From NCBI RefSeq assembly GCF_009914755.1, contig NC_060947.1: DNA of 64,000 nucleotides. The stretch is one strand, 5' to 3'. Positions 13,825-26,570 of this stretch are shown piece by piece. The notes beneath the pieces were generated by a model. It did not search any database and was not told the DNA's origin. It worked only from the letters and a program-made list of their open reading frames with translations. Position numbers and translations under genes: made by a program. Origin of the DNA: the human T2T-CHM13v2.0 reference genome, Homo sapiens. Numbering within the stretch: position 1 is the stretch's first letter; every line of letters begins with the position of its first letter.

Positions 13825-14990
13825 TCAGTCTTTAGCCACTAAGTCAAGAAGATCTGGGAAGGAGTCAGTCAGAGAGCCTTGGGCCAGAGTTCCAGGGGCT
13901 CTGGGAGTGGCTGCTGGGTGAGTTGGACAGTCTGATTTCCAGTGGGGTCCCATACAGATGGGACACGGCTTAGGAGGAATCCTGGGCTGTGGGCATTCCT
14001 TGGCCCAATGGCCAGATTTCTGGCACTTGAAGCAAGTTCCTGGGGGAGGTGGTCCTGGAGGAATGCCTGGCCGCTGTGGTTTAGGCGTTTGGAAGTTCTT
14101 GTGTGCTGGAGATGTGGCTGGGGTTTCTCCCACAGTGGAGGCAAGGAATTGCAACTCAGAAATATGTTGCTACTTGGCTGCCTCTATTGTATTATTGTAT
14201 ACCTTGAAGGCAAGGTTAATTAAGTCCTGTTGTGGGGTTTGAGGTCCGGAATTTGATTTTTAGAGTTTTATTTAATGTCGGGAGCAGATTGGGTAATAAA
14301 ATGTATATTGAGAATAAGATGGCCTTTTGACCTTTTAGGGTCTAGGGCTCTAAAGCGTCTCAGGGTTGCTGCCAAACGAGCCATGAACTGGGCTGGGTTT
14401 TTATATTTGATGAAAAAGAGCCTAAATGCTAACTGATTTGGGAGAGGTCGGATAAAGAAAAAGGAGCATTAACCTTGACTGTGCCTTTAACTTGAGCCAC
14501 CTTTTTAAGAGGAAATTGTTGGGCAGGTGGAGGAGGGCTAGTCGCAGAATGAAACTGTAAGCCCGACCAGGTGTGAGGAGGGGAGGTGATAAAAGGATTA
14601 TAGGGTCGGGGAGCAGAGGCTGAGGAAGAATTGGGACCTGGCTTGGCCTGGCGAGGAGCAGCCTGGGGAGGAGAGGAGGGGTCAGATGGGTCCGTAGAAA
14701 AGGAAGATTGGAAAGACTCAGCAACGCTTGGAGTTGGGACTGAGGGGACAGGCGGGAGGGAAAGAAGCAAGATTTGGGACGAGTTGCATTGGGAACAGAG
14801 ACTAGGGAGGATCCGATGTGTAAAAGAATGCCTGGACGTCAGGCATCTCAGACCATTTGCCTAGTTTACGACAAGAATTATTTAGATCTTCTAGGATGGA
14901 AAAATCGAAAGTGCCGTTTTCTGGCTATTTGGAACCACTGTCGAGTTTGTATTGGGGTCAAGTGGCATTGCAGAAGAAAATAAGGCATTT
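13825..14990 (-). pseudogene. HERV-H gag remnant
   Basis: Zinc knuckles [14 protein letters not shown] and [13 protein letters not shown]; proline-rich region ..VKVNAPFSLSDLSQIS. Split over several frames. Confidence 0.9.
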
Positions 14991-15114
14991 AGGTTTTAGG
15001 TCAGGTGTGAGTTGTAGAGGTTTTAAGTTCTTGAGAACACAGGCTAAGGGAGAAGAAGGAGGAATGGAGGGTGGAAGGTTGCCTATAGTGAAGGAGGCAA
15101 GTCCAGAGAAAAGA

Positions 15115-15580
15115 GAGGGTAGAGACATGGAGAGAAGGAGTGGGGGGTGCTTGCTCCCCAGGAAAGTGGAAAGAAAAGAGAGGGTAGAGACATGGAGAGA
15201 AGAGGTGGGGGGTGCTTGCCCCCCAGGAAAGTGGAGAAGGGGTGGGGACATGGAGAGAAGGGGTGGGGGGTGCTTGCCCCCCAGGAAAGTGGAAAAGGGG
15301 TGGGTAGAGACACGGAGAGAAGGGGTGGGGGGTGCTTGCCCCCCAGGAAAGTGGAGACGGGGTGGGAGGTGCTTGTCCCCCAGGAAAGTGGAAAAGGGGT
15401 GGGAGGTGCTTGCCCCCCCAGGAAAGTGGAAAAGGGGTGGGAGGTGCTTGCCCCCCCAGGAAAGTGGAAAAGGGGTGGGAGGTGCTTGCCCCGCCAGGAA
15501 AGTGGAAAAGGGGTGGGAGGTGCTTGTCCCCCAGGAAAGTGGAAAAGAGGTGGGTAGAGACATGGAGAGAAGGGGTGGGT
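15115..15580 (+). repeat. G-rich minisatellite in the HERV-H leader (9 units)
   Basis: Nine copies of GGTGCTTG(C/T)CCCC(C)AGGAAAGTGGA, unit length ~37-65 bp depending on an optional GGTAGAGACATGGAGAGAAG module. Confidence 0.9.
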
Positions 15581-15925
15581 GAGCAGCCAAAGCAGGCATC
15601 CCCGCAATTGATTTGCCACCAAGGGAATGTGGGTGAATGACCAAGGCAGGCATCCCCACGGTGATCAGACACCAATGAAATGTAGGTGAATAATCAGGCA
15701 GGCATCCCCGTGTGATTAAACACCAAGGGAAGACCGTCTTCCCGAGTCCGTGACCGGTGCCAGAGTTTTGGGTCCACAGATAAAATGTGTCTCCTTTGTC
15801 TCTACCAGAAAAGGAAAGGAACTGAAATTAAGAGAAGGGAGAGATTGAAGTGTGGTGCCAAGATTGAAAGGAGAAAGAGGTTGAGGGATAGTGAGAGAGG
15901 TTGGAGAAGAGAGTAAAAAGAGGCT

Positions 15926-15934
15926 GCTTACCTG
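15926..15934 (-). promoter_or_regulatory. HERV-H major splice donor
   Basis: Minus-strand CAG|GTAAGC about 130 nt downstream of the PBS. Confidence 0.75.
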
Positions 15935-16058
15935 ATTTAAAATTGGTGAGAAGTTCCTTGGGCTGGTTGGTCTGAGGACCAGAGGTCGTAGGTGGATCTT
16001 TCTCATGGAGCAAAGAGCAGGAGGACAGGGGATTGATCTCCCAAGGGAGGTCCCCCCG

Positions 16059-16076
16059 ATCCGAGTCACGGCACCA
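16059..16076 (-). promoter_or_regulatory. Primer binding site complementary to the tRNA-His 3' end
   Basis: TGGTGCCGTGACTCGGAT on the minus strand, immediately after the 5' LTR. Confidence 0.95.
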
Positions 16077-16078
16077 AA

Positions 16079-16479
16079 TTTCATGCGCATCCGTGTGAAG
16101 AGACCACCAAACAGGCTTTGTGTGAGCAATAAAGCTTTTTATTTCACCTGGGTGCAGGGGGGCTGAGTCTGAAAAGAGAGTCAGTGAAGGGAGATAGGGG
16201 TGGGGCCATTTTATAGGATTTAGGTAGGTAAAGGAAAATTACAGTCAAAGGGGGTTGTTCTCTGGCGGGTGGGGGCGGGGGTCACAAGGTGCTCAGTGGG
16301 GGAGCTTTTGAGCCAGGATGAGCCAGGAGAAGGAATTTCACAAGGTAATGTCATCAGTTAAGGCAGGAACAGGCCATTTTCACTTCTTTTGTGATTCTTC
16401 GGTTACTTCAGGCCATCTGGATGTATATGTGCAGGTCACAGGGGATATGATGGCTTAGCTTGGGCTCAGAGGCCTGACA
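16079..16479 (-). promoter_or_regulatory. HERV-H 5' LTR7 (promoter)
   Basis: TGTCAGGCCTCTGAGCCC...CATGAAA; intact CCTATAAAA TATA (16209-16217) and GC/GT boxes. About 19 differences from the 3' LTR by manual count. Confidence 0.95.
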
Positions 16480-17938
16480 ACCCATTAGTGGTAATATCAC
16501 CCCTCTTAGGAATGCATAAAATACCATCATAAAGACAAAAGCTTGAACCCCATTCCTGCCCCTCACTTCATGTATGATAGTGGAATCTTTTTTCAGCCTT
16601 TGTCAGCCTGCCCTTGGTCATCTGTAAAAGGGAACTCACAGTGCCTTCCTTAGGAAACTGTTCTGTGGGGTAAGTTAGAAATTTGTATAGAGTAGATGGC
16701 ACCTAGTAGGACTTCAACAGATGGTCATCCTGGCCCAACTTTCTCCTCCCTTCCAAAGAAGTGATGACAGCTACCTAAACCAAACAATATGACTGACATA
16801 GAGACCACCAGAAAATGGAGCAGGAAGTAGAATGTACTCACAATTGCATTATGAATGAAGCTTTGGAGCCATTTCTCTGTTACAGGAAGACTTTGCTGAG
16901 GGATATGGGGAGAGGGAAGAATATTGCCAAACCATTTCTTTAATTTTGCATTATTTTCTGTTCCCTTATTTGATCTTCCAGATTGATATTGGAAAAGCCA
17001 TTTCCTATTGAGCCCAAAATGAAGAGAGTGCAAATAAAGAGAAGGCAGGGATCACAAGCCCTTGACAGACACATTGCCACCTACAGGACCCTGCACCCAG
17101 ATTTCATCTGCACAATCAGCTTCTTCAAAGAGAGAGAGGCTGTTGAGTTAGTACCCATGAGGGCACAATACTAGAAATGTGTAAAACTATAAGTTTTTAA
17201 GTCCTAGAAAGTCATCATCTGTAAATGAGACTTTTGGGTATGCTTTGGGGAGGTTAAGCGGTAGAATCCCATTTCTGCTCCATATTAGATGAATCTGAAA
17301 AAATTGATTTTCCATCAGTGAGTTTGATTTTGTCATCTGTAAATTGAGAATAATTATGCCTTCCTCACAGAGTCATTGTGAGAAAATTATGCAAAAATGT
17401 AATTGTTTGTACATGTTTATCTATATATGTGTCATAAAAAAATGTGCCCTTTTGCACTTTTTTTCTCTTAAAATAGTGTTTCTGAGATATCTGTAAATAA
17501 GACAACTTTGAGGCTATTTTGATATTTTTAGCCATGCTGCTGTGACCATTCTTACACAAGAGCCGGAGACTCTCTGCAGTTCAGAGCTAAGAGCATAGTA
17601 CCTGATGGGGAACTCACTTGATTTTCTCAAAAATGTTGCCAAGTATCTCCACAAAGAAGTTGCACACATTTCTCCTCTCCTGGAAGAGTAATGGAGTTTT
17701 CATGGCCCCACATTGTCCATATAAAGAGGGTTCAGCATAAACACAAAATCACCAATTGAGCTTTATTTTTAAACTTTAGAATTATTCCAGAATATTATAT
17801 GAGTTATAAAGTGGGATCATTATATTTGTATTTAGAAATGTACATGTGAAATATGCTGCCATGGTTAGAATGTTTGCCCCCTCCAAAATGCATGTTGAAA
17901 TTTGATTGATTGCCATTGTGACTTTATTAGGAGATGGT

Positions 17939-18840
17939 GTTACCAGTGGGAGGTTCTTGGTTCTCAGGGTAACAGGAATTAACATGAGGCCAGGCAAACT
18001 TTTCCCAGGCAATGTTTATTAAGACTTATGCCCAGAAACACTGGGCATAAGGGAGATGGCACAGGAAAAAGAGTCCTCCAGCTGGCTCCCCAAGGGGAGC
18101 TTCTCAGCGTTTTTTATTGGGTAGGGTACAGAGATTGACATCAGGAACCTCTGCCTCCTGGAGTGATTTCTTCCTTCCTGTTATGGTGTCTGTGCATGCT
18201 TGGTCCTGGTTGAAGTCTTGGTCCATGCTCAGTGGGTTCAAGATAGTGGTGTTGCTCACTACTGCTGGCCCAGGAAGGTCATATAGTGGCCATTCTGGGG
18301 TTTCCTGTGCATGTGGATGTTAGGGTCAACTGCCTTGGGGAAGATTTATGGTTGGAGTGTTGCATATCTTAACTTCTTTAAGGTCCTGTTATCAGCAGGT
18401 ATGGTGTCTTGAGTAAGATTTATAGTGCAAAGTCTGGATGGTCTAGTAGGGGTCCCTGCTGGCCACAGGGCCCCATATCAGCTTGCATTAGAGGTCCTTG
18501 GTGGAACCCAGGGGACCTCAGGCTGTGGACGTGCTGATGTGGGTGCCCTTGGCTAGGCTGAAGTTGGCAGGTGTGGACTGAAGCTGCTGCCTGCTATCGC
18601 CAGTGCCCTTGCTGTATCCAGCAGTGCCTGGCCAGCCAACCAGCAGCAGTAACACAAGGTCCTGAGGGCGACTCATGCATAGTGCATTACCAGTGCAGAG
18701 CTGTGCACAACACTGTCATCTTCCTGGCTCCAGGCTGCATCCCAATGCTCCAGGGACAGGGTGTGTAGTGAGCTCACGACAACATGTGTGGTGGGAACCC
18801 AGCAAGTCTGGAAAACAAAAATGCATTTGTGAGGGTGAGG
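17939..18840 (-). mobile_element. ERV LTR plus internal fragment, family not assigned
   Basis: Begins TGTTACCAGTGGGAGG exactly where the MST LTR is interrupted; contains TTTATT (reverse polyA signal) and TTTTTAT (reverse TATA-like) motifs. Confidence 0.5.
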
Positions 18841-18842
18841 GC

Positions 18843-19713
<871 letters not shown>

Positions 19714-19750
19714 GAGGCAAGTCTCATCCCTACTGTGTCTCAGTGGGACT

Positions 19751-20898
19751 GTCAATGAAAAAAGTCAAACTCGGTACAATATTTGAAGAGATTTATTCTG
19801 AGCCAAATATGAGTGACCAGTGGCTTATGATACAGCCGAGGGATATTCTGGGAAAATATGCCCAAGTGGTCAGGCTACAGCTTGTTTTTGTTTTGTTTTG
19901 TTTTTTGAGACAGACTCTTGCTCTGTTGCCCAGGTGGGAGTGCAGCAGCATGATCTCAGCTCACTGCAACCTCCACCTCCTGGTTTAAGCAATTCTGTCT
20001 CAGCCTCCTGAGTAGCTGGGACTACAGGTGTGTGGCACTACACCCAGCTAATTTTTGTATTTTTAGTAGAGACTGGGTTTTGCCATGTTGCTGGGCTGGT
20101 CTCGAATTCCTGACCTCGGATGATCCACTCCCCCGCCACTCGGCCTCCGATACAGCTTGATTTTATACATTTTAGGGTGACATAAGTTATCAATAAATAT
20201 ATATAAGATGTACATTGGTTTGGTCAGGAAAGGCAGGACAACTGGAAGCCAGGGAGGGGGCTTCCAGGTCATAAGCGGTTTTAAAGATTTTCTGATTGGC
20301 AATTGGTTGAAAGAGTTATTATCTAAAGACCTGGAATCAATAGGAATGTCTGGGTTAGGGCAAGGGGTTGTGGAGACCAAGGTTTTATCATGCAGATGCA
20401 GCCTCCAGGGAGAGGCTTCAGAGCTCTTATCAGACCTAAAAAGGTGCCAGACTCTTCGTTAATTCTCTGCTGGATCAGAGGAAAGACCTGGAAAGGATAG
20501 GGAATTCTCTACAGAATGTAGATTTTCACCAGAAGGGACAACTTTGCAGGGCCATTTCAAAATATGTCAAGGAGATATGTTTTGTGGTAAAGTACTTTGA
20601 TTCCATTCAGGGCCTGCTATCTTGTGATGCTATACTAGAGCCAGTCTGGAATTTGGTGTCTTATTTGGTGTCTTTATTGCTACAAAGTCTTGTTTTGTCA
20701 GTCTTAAGATCTCTTTTAATGTTAATGCTGGTTAGTTGTGCCTGAATTCCAAAGACAGAATAGTATAATGAGGCATGTCTGACCACCCATTCCTGCCATG
20801 GCATGAACTAGACTTTCAGATTTACTTTGGAATGCCCTTGGCCAAGAGGGGAGGTCTATTAGTCTGTTGGGGGCTTAGAATTTTACTTGTGGTTTACA
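19751..20898 (-). mobile_element. MER4-group solo LTR, opposite orientation to 18843-19713
   Basis: TGTCAATGAAAAAAGTCAAACTC..GAGATTTATTCTGAGCCAAATATGAGTGACCA start; ends GGGTATAATGAGGCATGTC-like..GGGCTTAGAATTTTA...GGTTTACA. Confidence 0.8.
19883..20148 (-). mobile_element. AluS (5'-truncated)
   Basis: (TTTTG)n tail, dimer, TACAGCTTG flanks on both sides. Confidence 0.9.
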
Positions 20899-21407
20899 GA
20901 ACCTTTGAGAAGTGTTTGGGCTGTGAAGGCTCTACCTTCATGAATGGATTGTCATTATTACAGAAGGTGGTTCATTATTGCAGGAGTGAATCTGTTATAA
21001 AAGGGTACATTCAGGTCTCTTTTGCCTCTTGCCCTCTGCCCTGTGATGATACACCAAGAAGGCCCTCACCAGATGCTGGTCCCTCAGTCTTTGATTTCTC
21101 ATCCTCCGTAACTGTGAGCCAATAAAATTCTGTTAATTAGAAATTACCCAGTCCCAGGTATTGTCTTATAGCAGCAAAAACAGACTAAGACAGGAAATTG
21201 GTGTCAAGAAGCCTGGCTGTTGCTATAAAAAATACCTGAAAACGTAGATGCAACTTTGGAACTGGATAATGGGTGGAGGCTGGAAAATTTTGGAGGAGCA
21301 GGGTAAAAAAGCCTAGATTTCCATAAATGGAACAATTCAGGTGAGGGCTCAAAGAAGAGAACTGTAGGGAAAGTCTGAAGCTTCTTAGAGATTACTTAAG
21401 TGGTAAT

Positions 21408-21968
21408 TGCTGGGTGAGGTGTCAGAGCCCCAGCATCAGAAAGTGGTTGACTTGCAGGTTGGTAAGAATTTACTGACAACAGTATAGGTTTGAAAAAGGA
21501 AAGTTTTATTAGAAAAAAAGTATGTTGCAGAAGAAATGCAGCATTTACGGACCTTAAAGTGGGAGCTTAAGTGTAATTTGGACCATATTAGCCATGTAGG
21601 TCATAATAAGTGATTACATTTGTAGACATTTTGGTTCCTTAATGTCAGCAAGGGTTGTACAATGAGTTTTGACATGCATGGATTCCAGAGATGTACAGAA
21701 ATTCTAGTTACTTAGAAAATTTTTGAAAGAGGCCTGGAACCTTTAGGCACTAGGGAAGTTTAATTACTTCTAAATTCCTCAGATAAGGAATTTTGCCTCA
21801 GAATGGCCTGTTTGATGGTTGCCAGGTGTTTTTGGCTTTCTTCGTTACACTTCTAAATTCCTCAGATAAGGAGTTTGTGTCTCCAGGGCTTACTCGATGG
21901 CCACCTGGTGATTTTGCTCTCCTGACTTTCCCCCTGACAAATATTTTGGTAAAATCTTTGACCCTCTA
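21408..21968 (-). mobile_element. ERV1-type LTR nested in MST-int
   Basis: Interrupts MST-int between GTAAT direct repeats (21403-21407 and 21969-21973); internal repeat ACTTCTAAATTCCTCAGATAAGGA x2; reverse polyA signal TTTATT. Confidence 0.65.
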
Positions 21969-22288
21969 GTAATGATCAGAATGTTCATAGAAATATGGAC
22001 AGTAAAGGCCATTCTGATGAGGTCTCACATATAAATGAGGAACAAAGTATTATAAACTGGAGGAAAGGCCATCTTCATTATAAAGTGGCAAAGAACTTGG
22101 CTGAATTGTTTCCAAGCCCACACAAGGGCTTTGTGGACGGCATAGTTGAAAAGCAGTGAGCTAGGAAATCGGTGAAAGAAACATCTAAACAAAAAAACGT
22201 TCCATATGTTGTGTGTCTTCCTTCAACTGCATACAGTAAAATGCTAGAGAAAAAAATGATTTAAAGATGGAATTTATAATTAAAAGGG

Positions 22289-22586
22289 AGCCAGGCACGG
22301 TAGCTCACGCCTGTAATCCCAGCAATTTGGGAGGCCAAGGCAGGTGGATCACTGGAGATTAGGGGTTCGAGACTAGCCTGGCCAACATGGCGAAACCCCA
22401 TCTCTATTAAAACTACAAAAATTAGCCAGGTGAGGTGGCACATGCCTGTAATCCCCGCTACTCAGGAGGCTGAGGCAGGAGAATCGCTTGAACCCAGGAG
22501 GCGGAGGTTGCAGTGAGCCAAGAGCACACCACTGCACACCACCCTGGGCAATAGAGTGACTTCATCTCAAAAAAAAAAAAAAAAAA
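22289..22586 (+). mobile_element. AluS
   Basis: Full dimer with poly-A tail. Confidence 0.93.
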
Positions 22587-23943
22587 GTGGCGGTGGGGTG
22601 GGGAACAAAACTTAGAGATTTAAAGGATTCTCAGCCTAGTCAGGTGGTAGAGAATCAAAGAGCACTTTCAGGAGAGGAAACCAAGGATGTTTCCAAGTGA
22701 CCGTTTCATAAGGAGATTGGTGTGGATAGAAGGAAGCCAGGGGCTATTCATCAGAACAATGGGAGAATGAACCCAAAGTCACTTCAGAGATTACCAGTGC
22801 CACCCTTCCCATCACAGGCTCTGAGTGCCAAGACCTGGGTGAAGGAAATATGTCAAAAAGAGAGGCTGAGGACGACCTTAGAACCTTTGGACTCACGTCC
22901 CAGGGCTGCTTCAATTTTCTGCTCCCCATATTCCAGTGCAGCATTTCTTGACTACCCCAGTCATGGCTCAAATGGGCCAAGGTGCAGCTCGACCTGCCAC
23001 ACTGGAAGGTACAAGTCATAAACTGTGGTGGAATCCACATGATGCTAACTCTGCAGGTGTGCCGTATGCAAGAGCTGTATGGGCACGTCTTCCTCTACCT
23101 AGATTTCAAAAGATGTTTCAGAAGCCTTGGTGGACAAGCAGAGACTTGTTGCAGAGGTGGAGCAAAAGCAGAGAGCCCTCACTAGGGCAATGCCCAGTGG
23201 AAACTCAGCTTTGATGTGGAAGTTCTGCTGGGCATTTCCTTAGTCAGGGCTCTCTCCAGTCAGAACTGTGGGGTCAGAGCCACTGCAGAGAGTCCCCACT
23301 GGGACAATGCCTCGTAGAATTTTGGGAGTGGACTGCCTGAGAGACCCCAGAATTGTAGGGCTACTACTGTGCAACACCAGCCTAAGAGAGCTGCAGGCAT
23401 GAGACTCCAACCTATGAGAATTGCTGTGTGGGCTAAGCCCAGAAAAGACATAGGGGCAGAGCTGCCTAAGGCCTTGGGGGCCCAATTTCACCTCAGTGTG
23501 TCCAGGAGATGGGACATGAGGTCAAGGAAGCTTATTCTAGAGCATTAAAATTTAATGTTGTTCACCCTGTTGAATTTTGGACTTACTTGGGACCCTCTTT
23601 TCTTGTCTATTTCTCCTTTTTGGAATGGGAGTGTCTATCCATTGCCTGTTCCACCACTGTATTTTAAAATACATAACTTGTTTTGATTTCACAGGCTCAC
23701 ATCTGGAGAGGAATTTGCCTCAGCATGAATCATGCCTTCCGTTGAGTTAAATAAGACTCTGGACTTAGGCCTTTTTAGTTGATGTTGGAACGAGTTAAGA
23801 CTTGTGGGGCTATTGGGATGGAATGAACGTATTTTGTATGTGAAAAGGACATAAGTTTTGAGGGGCCATTGATGAGATGCTGTGGTTTAAATGTTTGTCC
23901 CCGCCAAAACTCGTGTTGAAATTTGATTGCCATTGTTACAGTA

Positions 23944-24165
23944 TGGTTGAGTATAACTTTTTCAAAATGCTTGGGATTAGAAGTGTTTTAGCTTTCAGAT
24001 TTTTAAATATTTGCATTATACTTACCAGTTGAGCATCCCAAATCAAAAAATTCAAAATCTGAAATGCTCCAGTGAGTATTTCTGCAGGTTATATTTGCAC
24101 TCAACTGCTTCTGATATTGGAGGATTTCAGATTTCATATTTTCAGATTTGAGATGCTCAATCTGT
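23944..24165 (+). mobile_element. Tigger4a/MER46-like TcMar MITE inside the MST 3' LTR
   Basis: GGTTGAGTAT..AAATGCTTGGGA..AGAAGTGTTTT through GATGCTCAA.CTG; inverted termini at a TA site. Confidence 0.75.
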
Positions 24166-24196
24166 ATTAAGATGTGAGATAATTAAGAGGTGATTA

Positions 24197-24372
24197 GTTA
24201 GCTAGGCATGGTGCTGTGTGCCTGTGTTCCCATCTGCTTGGGAGGCTGAGAGAGAATCACTTGAAATTTGAGGATACAGTGAACTATGATTGCAGCCTGG
24301 GTGAGAGAGTGAGGCCCTGTCTCTTTAAAAAACAAAAAAAAAAAAGAGAAAGAAAAAGAAAAAAAAAAAAAA
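24197..24372 (+). mobile_element. Alu right monomer / FRAM-like
   Basis: TTAGCTAGGCATGGTG..GGGAGGCTGAG..CAGCCTGG plus A-rich tail; AAGA.GTGATT flanks. Confidence 0.8.
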
Positions 24373-26115
24373 AGAAGTGATTGGGCCATGAGGGTTCTGC
24401 CTTCATGAATGGATTAATGCCATTATCACAGGAGTGGATTTCTTATCACAGGAGTAGTTTTGTTATACAAGGGCAAGTTTGGCCCCCTTTCACTCTCTCA
24501 TTTGCCCTCTTGCCTTCCACCTTGTGATGACACAGCAAGAAAGCCCTCACAAGATGCTGACATCTTGATCTTGAACTCCCCGGCCTCCAGAACTGTGACC
24601 CAATACATTTCTGCTCATTATAAATTACCTAGTCTCAGGTATTTTGTTACAGCAGTGCAAACGAACTAAGGCATATGCCATTCATAAAGAAATAAGATAG
24701 GGAAAAGTGAAAAGTAATAATGTTGTGAAATACATTATTTGCACAGACCTAGTAAAACAGGTACTTTCATCCTGTATTTTGTTGGGAGACATTAGTATAA
24801 AAGATTTTAAAATTTAATCAGGCTAGCTTTTAATGTTCATGCTCTTTGACAAAGCAATGTTCCTATGGCAACTTATCATCCAGATACAGCCTGAAGAGGC
24901 CATAGCCATCATCACTTACATGTCCCAGCTACTTCAGACTGGCCATTTTTCTAGCTGGCTTGTTGCCTTCAGCCCCCTGCCGCCCACCCTGCTTCATCCA
25001 TTCTTCCATCCAAGCAAGAAAATCTGTCTCATGGCTGGATCCACCTCAAGCATTGATATAGAGCAGTACTCATGTTCTTCTACCTCTTGGTTCAAACTAG
25101 AAAATCTACCATGACAAGATGCTACAAAACACGTACTCCTAACCACAATAGACAGCCATGGAGCTACTTCAAGCATTGATATGGAACAGTGCTCAGGTCT
25201 CTACTCCTGGAGGGCCTTGTAGACATCCAATCTCATCCCTGCCTGAAGAAGTCTCCCACCTGTCCCCTTTCTGTGTCCTCAAAGGCACAGGCAGGTGAGG
25301 GGCCTTTGCTTCTGCTTCTGGCCCTGCCATAAACCTCCCTTCAGACAAGGGGAGGGGGCACAAAGGCTGGCTTCCTCCTGTAGAAAGGGTAAACACAGGG
25401 AGAACAGAGATAAACCTCGCAGCAGCACGTATCCTGATAAATTTGCTAAAGATCCCTCACTAGCAATTCAAGGTACCTAGGCTGGTAGGTTCTGTCCCTG
25501 GCTCTGGCAGTGGACCTGGTGACCAACCTCTTTACCATCTAGCTCTGTGGTTAGCAGTATCTGTTTTGTAGTCACATACATCCATGAAGAGAGGATATTG
25601 ATACCTCACTAGCAGGGCTGTCATGAGATTAAATCCAGATGCTAACATGAAGAACCTGGAGCTAGGACCCTCTGAACAACCTGCTCCATAAGTAGAAGCT
25701 GTGTTTCTTCCCTGGAACAGGGAACTCATGTGACAACTTGACCTGCCCTCTCAGCCAGGGCCCCTAATCAGGATGCAAATCAGAGTCACATTGATGAGCC
25801 TTTTGTAAACCCTCAGCTGAAACTCTCTTGTTGGTGGTAATAGGACTTCTGTACAAAGGCCATTGAAGTCATTAAATCATAATAATATGGCCATAGAACC
25901 AGATATGTCCATTTGATGCCAACAGTGTATGTGAGTGCCCATTTCCTCTTTACTTTTCTGACTAGCTTTTATTGTTATTTCCAGGGTTTTTCGTTTGTTT
26001 TATTCCCAGATTTTGTGTTAGTTTTTCATCTGATCATCCCATTTTCCCCAGTTCTGCCCCATTGGAAGTATTATCTCAGATGGTTTTTAACTTACAAATT
26101 CAGAGGCTTATCCCA

Positions 26116-26276
26116 TAGGATGGTCAGATTTAGCAAATGAAAACACAAGATGCCCATTTAAGTTTGAATTAAAAAAAAAACAAAATTATATTATGTGTCA
26201 CATATACTAAAAAGTACTAGTTATTTTTCTGGATTTCAAAGTTAATGAGTCTTTTGTATTTCATCTGGCAATCCTA
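26116..26276. mobile_element. MER53-like palindromic hAT MITE
   Basis: TAGGATGGTCAGATTTAGCAAAT.AAAA.ACA.GATGCCCA.TTAA.TTTGAATT at the left end and TGTATTT.ATCTGGCAATCCTA at the right end form inverted termini. Confidence 0.75.
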
Positions 26277-26319
26277 TACATGGTGTTGCAATATAGGGTA
26301 GGACCAAGGTGCTCTGGTC

Positions 26320-26570
26320 TGGTCAACAGCCCCATGTGAACTCTCAGCAGGTGCCAGCACCAGTCATCATCCATGCAAGTGATCTCTTTTGGATGTACCA
26401 AACGAGTGAAGCCTCCAGATGATTAAGGTGACAGCACAGGGAGAGGCAGCCCTGGGTGGCAGACACCATATAGAACAGAATAACACCCAAATGAGCCTGT
26501 CAATACTCAGAATCTTGAGAGATAATAAATGGCTAATGTTTGGGATGCTTTATTAAGCAGAAATGGTTAT
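26320..26570 (+). mobile_element. MLT1-type LTR fragment
   Basis: GAAGCCTCCAGATGA..TGAGCC..CAGAATC.TGAGAGATAATAAATGG 3' motifs. Confidence 0.55.

Larger units (their letters stand above)
10082..16479 (-). mobile_element. HERV-H provirus (LTR7-HERVH-int-LTR7), ~6.4 kb internally deleted type
   Basis: Two ~401-bp LTR7 copies, tRNA-His PBS, PPT, and gag/pro/pol/env remnants in the expected order on the minus strand. Confidence 0.97.
9881..16518 (+). mobile_element. MER112-like hAT-Charlie element, split by HERV-H (9881-10081 and 16480-16518)
   Basis: CAGTGCTTCTCAACC start, CATGAAATTTTAATACCACAGAT, CCACAAACCATTGTAATATCTA, AAGAACCA.TTTTC; resumes ..ATATCACCCC..GAATGCAT after the provirus. Confidence 0.7.

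Noticed and set aside
15115-15580. CRISPR-like repeat-spacer appearance
   Set aside because: The spacers are not unique, the context is eukaryotic retroviral, and there are no cas genes.
14857-15675. Multiple long overlapping ORFs (up to 241 aa) on both strands
   Set aside because: Artefact of the stop-poor G/C-rich minisatellite; the translations are repetitive and match no domain.
16059-16076. tRNA-His gene
   Set aside because: Only the 18-nt retroviral PBS complement is present; no cloverleaf.
16560-16750. Similarity to 35330-35480 and 60380-60490 (TAGTAGG.CTTCAACA.ATG)
   Set aside because: Explained by generic MIR/L2 tail sequence, with no collinear unique flanks.
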